Shown piece after piece: positions 1-6,899 of a DNA stretch of 26,055 bases (positions are counted from its first letter, which is position 1; every line of letters starts with the position of its first letter). The notes beneath the pieces were generated by a model. The model was not told where the DNA came from. It ran no database searches and saw only the letters and a program-made list of their open reading frames with translations. Position numbers and translations under genes: made by a program. Origin of the DNA: Candidatus Bathyarchaeia archaeon (lineage in GTDB: Archaea > Thermoproteota > Bathyarchaeia > Bathyarchaeales > Bathycorpusculaceae); the NCBI GenBank assembly GCA_050012755.1, contig JBEKGO010000035.1, positions 1-26,055 of the forward strand, read 5' to 3'.

Positions 1-542
1 TTCAGGATTTTTCTCGGTTGGAAAAGATTCACCAGTTAATGCCGCTTCGTTACAATGAAGGTCTTTTGATTTTATTATCCGAACGTCTGCGGGAACAATG
101 TCCCCAACGTTGACGGTAATCAGGTCCCCAGGAACTACAAGTTCCGAGTTAATCTCATAGGATTTGCCGTCTCTTGTCACAAGAGCCTTGTAAGATACAC
201 TTTTCTTGAGTTTATCTACGATCTTCTCGGCTTTGTATTCGTTATAAAAGCCCAAAACTACGCTCAAAACAATCATAGAAATAATTGAAATCGATTGATC
301 GGGTTGAGCAAAGAAACCCGCAACGATTGCGGCTGCAATCAATATTGCGAAGATAGGATTTTTGAACTGCCGAATTATGATGGGGACGACGCTGAAAGCT
401 TTGTGAGGGAGTTCATTGCGTCCGTAAGTGTTCAGTCGTCGTTGAGCTTCTGGTTCAGATAATCCATTTCCGGAAGATCCGAGGCGCTCATAAACCTCAT
501 CGCGGTTAAGCGACCAATAATCTTGGGTTTTTGACTCATCAT
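1..542 (-). CDS. P-type cation-transporting ATPase, MgtA-like; N-terminal part, runs off the window; start anomalous (possible 1-nt frameshift)
   Basis: Manual translation of the frame open 606->1: YWSLNRDEVYERLGSSGNGLSEPEAQRRLNTYGRNEL (cation ATPase N domain), two hydrophobic helices, then VPGDLITVNVGDIVPADVRIIKSKDLHCNEAALTGESFPTEK (TGES actuator motif). The ATGs at 542/539 are out of frame with it. Confidence 0.88.
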
Positions 543-642
543 TTTTGTGAACTGCCGTTCGATTTGAATCCGCCTCGGAAACTCCAAAAAGAGAAGCAAC
601 TATCGCTTATAGGTGTTGCCATGACAGCTTTGAGAGTTGTCT

Positions 643-1419
643 TCAGCAAGATTCCGGTTCTTCGTGGATATCTATTCTCGTGATGTTAGGATATGTTTTC
701 TTTATTTCTTTCTCTAATCTGCCTGAAATCTCGTGCGCTTTTCTTATCTCGATGTTTGGGTCAAAACTGCAGCAAAAGACCAAGTGAAGAACATCGCCGA
801 CTCTGCGGATTTTGATGTCAGAAATGCTTTTGATTTCAGAAAAGTTTGCTGCTACATGTTGAATGTATGACTCCAGTTCCGTTTGGACTCCTGTTTGTTC
901 CTTGAGAACCCGTTCTGTGGCAGTTTCAATATGCACTGAAATCTCGGCGATATTAGGATTAGCTTCCTGTATCTTTTTCTCGATTTGGTCTGAAACGTCG
1001 TGGGCTTGCTTGAGGGTCATGTTGGCACTTACTTCAAGGTGCAAGTCTACGCCAATTTTTCCGTCAATGTCCTGAATGTGTATGTTGTGTACGCCGCGGG
1101 AACCAGGTGTACTATCTGCAACTTCCTTAACTAGTTCCCAGACGTTTTCATGACTGGCTCCGACTGGTTCGGTGTGAATAGTGACTCTTCCGTTTGGAAC
1201 GACACTTTTCAGTTCATTCTCAATGCTTGTAGATATCCCATGAGTTTCTTCAAAGGAAAGTGAATTGTCGAGTAGGATGTGAACTTCAACGTAGACTCTT
1301 TTGCCTGTTGTGTGGACTTCAAGCTTGTGATAGCCTTTCACGGCTTTGTTTGTCTCAATCTTTTTCTTGATCTTCTGTTCAATTTCTTTTTCAGAACGCT
1401 CGATTAAGGGCACAGGCAA
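643..1419 (-). CDS. Soluble protein of three tandem cation diffusion facilitator C-terminal (ZT_dimer-like) domains
   Basis: Three ~85-aa repeats with CDF-CTD motifs (VEVHI..ETHGIS..IHTEP; VDLHL..QAHDVS..VHIET; KAHEIS..IHEEP). No transmembrane segment. TTG start with GAGGT upstream. Confidence 0.85.
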   Translation of the reverse strand: MPVPLIERSEKEIEQKIKKKIETNKAVKGYHKLEVHTTGKRVYVEVHILLDNSLSFEETHGISTSIENELKSVVPNGRVTIHTEPVGASHENVWELVKEVADSTPGSRGVHNIHIQDIDGKIGVDLHLEVSANMTLKQAHDVSDQIEKKIQEANPNIAEISVHIETATERVLKEQTGVQTELESYIQHVAANFSEIKSISDIKIRRVGDVLHLVFCCSFDPNIEIRKAHEISGRLEKEIKKTYPNITRIDIHEEPESC

Positions 1420-1446
1420 ATTCTAACCTCAATTATTAATATTGTC

Positions 1447-1468
1447 GGAGACATATTTCAATATCTCC
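1447..1468 (-). promoter_or_regulatory. Inverted repeat just upstream of the 3xCDF-CTD gene (operator or 5'UTR hairpin)
   Basis: Minus strand GGAGATAT-TGAAAT-ATGTCTCC: 8-bp stem with one U-G pair, 28 nt upstream of the start codon. Confidence 0.4.
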
Positions 1469-1506
1469 CAAACGATTTTGTTAATGCTTACTATATTTTT
1501 ACTGGT

Positions 1507-1600
1507 AAAAAGGTGCTGGGATCCCCCACTCAGCCGCGGTCAAATTCCTAGGCGCGCTTTTCCGAGTTGTAACCCGAGTATGGACCTAGGCCGGAGCACC
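1507..1600 (-). ncRNA. Candidate structured non-coding RNA or cis-regulatory element, family not recognised
   Basis: 55 of 89 nt GC over 1512-1600 inside AT-rich flanks. Nested complementarity: 1512-1517/1595-1600, 1547-1552/1585-1590, 1562-1567/1572-1577. G-U pairs favour the minus strand, where a U5 tract follows. Confidence 0.5.
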
Positions 1601-1704
1601 ACCTCTCTATTCCAATCCAAGGAACAAAAAAATGGGCTTTACCTTTTCTAGGCGTGTATTTAACAAGAAAAAAAGGTAATGAACAACGAGTTTTCAGATT
1701 TCGT

Positions 1705-1927
1705 CTATTGATTTTTTGGTTTTTTGCCATTTCCATTTTTGAATCCATTGTTGTTGATTGCTAAGCTCAAGGCGATGCAGACTGACGCTAAAAGCTATGG
1801 CAATACCGAAGACTACGTTGAACGCTGTCGCCGAAGGCACCGATGCAACAATGATTGCTTTTCCGCCTACAACCTTAGTTATTGGGTCCACATATGACGC
1901 CAAGATTGTTGTTGTAAGCACTGGCAA
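1705..1927 (-). pseudogene. Frameshifted C-terminal remnant of a membrane transporter (MFS-like)
   Basis: Removing one T from the minus-strand T4 run (1790-1793) joins PVLTTTILASYVDP...PSATAFNVVFGIAIA to LASVCIALSLAINNNGFKNGNGKKPKNQ*, a last TM helix plus basic tail. Begins abruptly after the T-rich stretch downstream of vapC. Confidence 0.5.
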
Positions 1928-1982
1928 AGAAAACTAAAGTAAAAAAGATTTATTTTAGGCAGCCGAGATATCCGCTGTTGCC

Positions 1983-2318
1983 TTATTGGATTAGTTTCAG
2001 CTTGAAATTTGGTCTAACCGCTTTTAATACTTTAAAGTGATTGTCTTTGGTGCACAGAATCAAATTTCTCCTGATGCATATTGCGGCTATCAATATATCT
2101 ATCGTTGGGAGAGGGTTTCCTTCTTGAAGCAGGTCAGCAGAAATATTTACACTTTCTTCATAGTCTTCGATATTTGGGTAAATGACGGTTAATTCTTCGA
2201 ATTCCAGCGCTTTGGGAAACTCCACCAAACTAAATATGGTTGTAAAACCTGAGGTATCAAGCTTGTTTTTTCTTAATAAGTCTATGAGCTGGTTTGTGTC
2301 GTAGACAATCTCTTCCAT
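1983..2318 (-). CDS. vapC: PIN-domain toxin (VapC family)
   Basis: IVYDTNQLID N-terminal motif, conserved E in SLVEF, IDILIAAIC and LCTKDNHF motifs; overlaps the upstream antitoxin. Confidence 0.9.
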   Translation of the reverse strand: MEEIVYDTNQLIDLLRKNKLDTSGFTTIFSLVEFPKALEFEELTVIYPNIEDYEESVNISADLLQEGNPLPTIDILIAAICIRRNLILCTKDNHFKVLKAVRPNFKLKLIQ

Positions 2319-2563
2319 TCCAGCTTCCTTCCTTCTTCGTAAAATTCTACTGCTTTGTCCAAGTCAATCTTTGAAACGTCAATGCCGGAATCTTTCATCT
2401 TCTTGGCTAATTTTTTCATTTGAACGACCCCGCCTTCCACAATTTCCAGCCGTTCCAAATAGTTTGCTAAAGCTTTGCGTACAACTTCACTCCATTTTAC
2501 TTCAGAGTGCAGTTTCATTTTTTCGCAAAGCTCCTGTGAGATTGAAACGGTTAGATTTACCAT
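2282..2563 (-). CDS. Ribbon-helix-helix antitoxin (VapB-like)
   Basis: MVNLTVSISQELCEKMKLHSEVKWSEVVRKAL is an RHH pattern typical of archaeal antitoxins. Start moved to ATG 2563 because the extra 18 codons of the track ORF overlap the operator/promoter. Confidence 0.82.
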   Translation of the reverse strand: MVNLTVSISQELCEKMKLHSEVKWSEVVRKALANYLERLEIVEGGVVQMKKLAKKMKDSGIDVSKIDLDKAVEFYEEGRKLEWKRLSTTQTSS

Positions 2564-2600
2564 ACACGTAAATATGTGAATACACAGAATTAAGTGTATT
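2562..2600. promoter_or_regulatory. Tandem palindromic operators of the vapBC operon
   Basis: AATACAC-N8-GTGTATT (2579-2600, perfect) and ATACAC-N8-GTGAAT (2562-2581, one mismatch), 18 bp apart, abutting the antitoxin start. Confidence 0.7.
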
Positions 2601-2652
2601 GTTGTTTTACTTCTCATTAAAAGCTCGAATCTTTATGAGCAACGTCGATATG

Positions 2653-3765
2653 CTATTTGTAGGCCAGCATTGAACACAACTCTTCTACTGTGCGATTCAG
2701 AGTTAGTTCCGCCATGTTTCCGCTGTAATCCATTATGCGTCTTGAACTATCGAAAATTAAACGTAGCACTGAAGCGATGTTTGGATCAAGTTTTTTGCTT
2801 GACATCAACATAATTAATTCATTTTCGAGCGGATGCAGTGATTCTCGTTTTGAAATTAATTTTTCGGCATCTTTGTATTCTCTCTTGAAAAGGGCTTTTA
2901 TTGAGTCATCATATAGTTGGTGTGCTTGTGAGCTGAAATTGACGAGCTGATTGTATATTTCTTCATCTATAGGATCTTTAACGAAGAGAGTCTCGTCATC
3001 AATTAGTTTCTGAAGCGTGCCGAGGTGATTGATTATGTTCATTGCGTTTTGGGCAATGCTTTCAATATCATTTACAGCGATCCGGTAGAGGAGAAATTCT
3101 TTGGGGGTTCTAAAACCGAGTTCTCGATAGAGGTTTCTTTCTATACCGTATTTGAGCTGACGAACAATGTACAGTCCCAGGCGGTTTACGTCATTGTGAG
3201 AATGGATTACGCTGTCAAAAAGTGCGGTGTTTTTGTCTTTTAGTGCGGCGATGGCGTCTCTGTTTGCAGACAAAGCCACAATAGCCATTCTTCTAACGGC
3301 TTTTTCGATCGGGAACTCTGAATGTTTTATCAAGATTTGCAGAGTTATTTCGTCTGCTGTTTCATCGATTATTTCTGACCCTAAAAAGTTGTCTCTGGAG
3401 AGACTTTTTATTTCGTTTTTGTATTTTACGGCGTCTTCGGAGTTTTTGAAGTGGACTCTTATTATATCGGCGCCTATTGCATAGAGAGCGCGGATCATGC
3501 GCAGCATTGATTGTATGTTTTCTTTTGGATCAATGTTAACGTAATATTCTTTTGGTTTTGCTTGGTTGCCTCTGCCCTCTTTTTCCTGGATTTTTCTTGG
3601 AACTAAGGTAAGCGTAGAGTCAGGTTGGATGTTGAAGGCTATTTCGCTGCCTCGTTTTAGTTCTAGGTCTTGTACCCATTCTTTGGGTAAGGATATTATG
3701 TATGAGCCTCTTCCTGTGCATTGGACTCGTCTATAGCCTAGGTCTTTTTCTGCCAAATCATTCAC
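2653..3765 (-). CDS. Archaeal PhoU-family regulator with N-terminal AbrB-type DNA-binding domain
   Basis: RRVQCTGRGSYIISLPKEWV (AbrB-like) followed by two PhoU-like helical repeats (DVNRL...DIESIAQ; RRIMDYSGNMAE). Confidence 0.88.
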   Translation of the reverse strand: MNDLAEKDLGYRRVQCTGRGSYIISLPKEWVQDLELKRGSEIAFNIQPDSTLTLVPRKIQEKEGRGNQAKPKEYYVNIDPKENIQSMLRMIRALYAIGADIIRVHFKNSEDAVKYKNEIKSLSRDNFLGSEIIDETADEITLQILIKHSEFPIEKAVRRMAIVALSANRDAIAALKDKNTALFDSVIHSHNDVNRLGLYIVRQLKYGIERNLYRELGFRTPKEFLLYRIAVNDIESIAQNAMNIINHLGTLQKLIDDETLFVKDPIDEEIYNQLVNFSSQAHQLYDDSIKALFKREYKDAEKLISKRESLHPLENELIMLMSSKKLDPNIASVLRLIFDSSRRIMDYSGNMAELTLNRTVEELCSMLAYK

Positions 3766-3780
3766 CCAGATATACGATTC

Positions 3781-3840
3781 ACATATATTACATATTTCAT
3801 GAAGTTACATATAAATGATTTTCAACAAAGTTATATAGAA
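3781..3840. promoter_or_regulatory. Divergent promoter region with repeated motifs
   Basis: Plus-strand CAACAAAG-TTATATAG (BRE/TATA-like, TATA 3831-3838) and minus-strand TTTATATG (3815-3808). ACATAT occurs three times; AAGTTA(C/T)ATA is repeated at 3802 and 3828. Confidence 0.55.
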
Positions 3841-3871
3841 TACATGCCATTTGAGTGGGCTAACTTTAATC

Positions 3872-4006
3872 ATGAGAGTGGTAAAAATGGCGTTAAACAG
3901 TCGAAGAATAATCATGACTTGTGGTAGTCAATCAGCCAAAACTAAAGCTGTTCTATCCACAAGCGACATAGAACTCCACATTCTAATGCTCACTTGTCCA
4001 CGCTAA
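3872..4006 (+). CDS. Putative small protein or leader peptide (44 aa; alternative start ATG 3887, 39 aa)
   Basis: MRVVKMALNSRRIIMTCGSQSAKTKAVLSTSDIELHILMLTCPR* fills the gap between the TATA box and the first operon gene. Below the ORF-track length cutoff. Confidence 0.5.
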   Translation: MRVVKMALNSRRIIMTCGSQSAKTKAVLSTSDIELHILMLTCPR

Positions 4007-4030
4007 AAATAAAGTTAACGAGGGTAAACT

Positions 4031-4477
4031 ATGGTAAAAAGAATAATTGCAAAACAAGAAAACTGCATGGGCTGCGGACTATGTGAAGTGTACTGTACAG
4101 TTCAACATTCAAAATCAAAAGACATAGTCAAAGCCTACAATAGCGAACGCCCAAAACCAATAAGCAGAGTAACCGTCCAACGCAACAAACCCGTTTCCTT
4201 CGCTATACAGTGTCGACACTGCGAAGACGCCCCATGCGTAATCGCTTGTTTGTCAGGGGCAATGAAGAAAGACGAAAAAACTGGTCAAGTAACACATGAC
4301 AAAGAAAAATGCATGGGCTGTTGGACTTGCATCATGGTTTGTCCATACGGCGCAATAAAAATGGACAAAGAAGGTCATGTTGTTGCCAAATGCGACTTAT
4401 GCCAAGGCTTTGATGAGCCAGCATGCGTAGCCAACTGCCCAAACGAAGCGTTGGTATTCAAAGAGGTGAAATCGTAA
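4031..4477 (+). CDS. Multi-[4Fe-4S] ferredoxin-type protein (CooF/HydN-like)
   Basis: CMGCGLCEVYC, CRHCEDAPCVIAC, CMGCWTCIMVCP, KCDLC...PACVANCP; GAGGG upstream. Confidence 0.93.
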   Translation: MVKRIIAKQENCMGCGLCEVYCTVQHSKSKDIVKAYNSERPKPISRVTVQRNKPVSFAIQCRHCEDAPCVIACLSGAMKKDEKTGQVTHDKEKCMGCWTCIMVCPYGAIKMDKEGHVVAKCDLCQGFDEPACVANCPNEALVFKEVKS

Positions 4478-5757
4478 TGGCAAAGTATGTGATTGTTGGA
4501 GCTTCAGCAGCAGGGATTGGTGCAGTTGAAGCCATCCGAGAAGTAGACCCAACAGGTAGCATAGCCGTAATTTCTGATGAGACGTGCACCCATTACAGTC
4601 GTCCCATGATTAGTGACTTTGTCAGCGGTAAAGCAGATGCTAAAAAAATGGATTGCCGAAATGAAGAATTCTGGAAAGCAAATAATGTAGAAGCACTGAC
4701 CGGCAAAAAAGTTACAGCCCTAAACTTAGCCGAAAAAACTATTCAACTTGACACCGGCGAAAAAGTTGCTTACGAAAAACTGCTGCTTGCAACAGGAGGC
4801 AAACCCTTCGTTCCAAAAACGGAGGGCTCAGACAAAGACGGCGTATTCACATTTACAACTTTAGGCGATGCCGAGCGCATTGGTGCTAAGATTGATGCCA
4901 TAAATGCTAAGGCTGCAGTGGTCATAGGCGGAGGGCTGATTGGCATAAGCATAACTGAAGCCCTTGTAAAACGAGGCTTGAAAGTTACGATGGTTGAGCT
5001 ACAGGACAAGATTCTCAGCTTGCTCTTAGACGCGAAAGGCTCCGACATTATGGAAGATGTTGTTCGAAAGGTAGGCGTCAACGTTGTTACTGGTCAATCT
5101 GTCCAAAAAATCTTGGGAAAACTAGGCGACGATGGCGCAGTCGGAGGAGTACTGCTAACCAAAGGTGAACAAGTGCCCAGTGACCTTGTCATAATGGCGA
5201 TCGGCGTTGTTCCACGTACAGAACTAGTCATGGGAAGCGCAATAAAAATCAACAGAGGAATCGTGGTTGATAATCTGATGCAGACAAATGTACCTGACGT
5301 TTACGCCAGCGGTGACGTTGCAGAGGCGTATGACTTCATAATTAATCAGAACCGCACCTTGCCCCTTTGGCCTCTAGCAGTTGTTGAGGGACGCGTTGCA
5401 GGCTTTAATATGGCAGGTAAAAAAACCACGTACGGTGGCGGCACGAACATGAGCAGTCTCAAGTACTTTGGCATACCCATCGTGTCCATTGGCTTAGCTA
5501 ACCCCAAAGAAGATCCAACACTGGAAATCCTTGTTAAACAAGATCTTGAAAACAACCTCTACAAGAAGCTGGTTCTCAGAAACAACGTAATCGTAGGCAT
5601 AACGCTTGTAAACTGCATCGACCGAGCAGGCATCCTATTCTATTTAATGAAGAACGTGGTTAACGTGAAGAAATTCAAAGATGAACTCCTTTCAGACGAC
5701 TTCAGCCTAGCAACATTGCCTACTGGTCTGCAGAGAAAAATGAGTGTGGTACAATAA
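4477..5757 (+). CDS. FAD/NAD(P)H-dependent oxidoreductase (Pyr_redox, NirB/rubredoxin reductase-like)
   Basis: IVGASAAG, LLLATGG, VIGGGLIG, TNVPDVYASGD. Start at ATG 4477 (TAATG overlap, GAGGTGA upstream). Confidence 0.92.
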   Translation: MAKYVIVGASAAGIGAVEAIREVDPTGSIAVISDETCTHYSRPMISDFVSGKADAKKMDCRNEEFWKANNVEALTGKKVTALNLAEKTIQLDTGEKVAYEKLLLATGGKPFVPKTEGSDKDGVFTFTTLGDAERIGAKIDAINAKAAVVIGGGLIGISITEALVKRGLKVTMVELQDKILSLLLDAKGSDIMEDVVRKVGVNVVTGQSVQKILGKLGDDGAVGGVLLTKGEQVPSDLVIMAIGVVPRTELVMGSAIKINRGIVVDNLMQTNVPDVYASGDVAEAYDFIINQNRTLPLWPLAVVEGRVAGFNMAGKKTTYGGGTNMSSLKYFGIPIVSIGLANPKEDPTLEILVKQDLENNLYKKLVLRNNVIVGITLVNCIDRAGILFYLMKNVVNVKKFKDELLSDDFSLATLPTGLQRKMSVVQ

Positions 5758-6899
5758 TGAATCAGAACGACAGAAAAATAATAAGTCCATTTGGAGATGA
5801 CAAGGATTTTTCAGGCTGCGCCCTATTCAGCATGATGAACACCGAAGGGAAACGATTTGGCTCAAAAGATCCTGTTCGCGCAATAATAAACATGCATGAT
5901 CGAGGCAACGGTTTAGGCGGTGGCTTCGCGGTTTACGGCATATACCCCGACTTCAAAGATCACTATGCTTTCCACATCATGTACCTAAGCAAAGATGCTA
6001 AAGAAAGAACCGACCACATCCTTGCCTCAAAATTCGATATAATGTATGATGAGGAAATGCAGACAAAACCAGCCAACGTGCATAATCCACCGCTTGTGTG
6101 GCGGTATTTTGTGACACCCAAGAAACAGCGACCAGAAAACCAAACCGAAGAAGACTACGTCATAGAAGCAATAATGCGCATTAACACTGAAACTGGAAAA
6201 GCCTTTGTTTTCTCAAGTGGCAAAGACATGGGAGTCTTCAAGGGCGTAGGCTTCCCTGAAGATGTCGCAGATTTCTTCTGCTTAGAAGATTATGAAGGGT
6301 ACCTTTGGTCTTGCCACAGCAGATTCCCCACAAACACTCCTGGTTGGTGGGGCGGAGCACATCCATTCAACATCCTTGATTGGACAGTAGTGCACAACGG
6401 TGAACTCTCATCCTACGGCATAAACCGCCGCTACTTGGAAATGTACGGTTACAAATGCACCATGCAAACAGACACCGAGGTACTTGCCTACACAGTTGAC
6501 TTACTCATGCGAAGAGAAAACCTGCCAATTGACATAGTAGCCCAAATCCTAGCAGCACCACTCTGGGAGGAAATAGACCGCATGGAGCCCAAAAAAGCGC
6601 AACTCCTAAAAACGCTGCGCCAAACCTACGGCAGCCTATTAATGAACGGGCCATTTAGCATAATTGTGGCTCACCACGGTGAAATGATAGGCTTAACTGA
6701 CAGAATAAAACTGCGACCAATGGTAGCTGGCACAAACGGCGAATACGCGTACTTGTCATCGGAAGAATCAGCCATGCGTCTGGTTTCACCAAACCTGGAT
6801 AATTTCTGGTGCCCAAGAGGTGGAGAACCAGTCGTGGTTAGACTAAAAAACTACAAACCTAAGGCTCTTGAGGTTTTGGCAGGAGGACAGACTCAATGA
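5757..6899 (+). CDS. Class II (Ntn) glutamine amidotransferase, glutamate synthase domain 1 subunit (GltB1-like)
   Basis: SGCALF (nucleophile Cys after a short propeptide), MHDRGNGLGGG, HSRFPTNTPGWWGGAHPF, VHNGE, TDTE; TAATG coupling. Confidence 0.92.
   Translation: MNQNDRKIISPFGDDKDFSGCALFSMMNTEGKRFGSKDPVRAIINMHDRGNGLGGGFAVYGIYPDFKDHYAFHIMYLSKDAKERTDHILASKFDIMYDEEMQTKPANVHNPPLVWRYFVTPKKQRPENQTEEDYVIEAIMRINTETGKAFVFSSGKDMGVFKGVGFPEDVADFFCLEDYEGYLWSCHSRFPTNTPGWWGGAHPFNILDWTVVHNGELSSYGINRRYLEMYGYKCTMQTDTEVLAYTVDLLMRRENLPIDIVAQILAAPLWEEIDRMEPKKAQLLKTLRQTYGSLLMNGPFSIIVAHHGEMIGLTDRIKLRPMVAGTNGEYAYLSSEESAMRLVSPNLDNFWCPRGGEPVVVRLKNYKPKALEVLAGGQTQ

Noticed and set aside
1512-1603. tRNA, tRNA-Sec, 5S or SRP RNA interpretation of the GC-rich element
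   Set aside because: Only a 6-bp closing stem, no TTCRA loop in the proper position, no cloverleaf; no 5S CGAAC motif; far too short for archaeal SRP RNA despite a TGTAACCCGA similarity.
1442-1748. Track ORFs 1442..1651 (+) and 1548..1748 (-)
   Set aside because: No recognisable protein features; they run across the structured element and the pseudogene tail.
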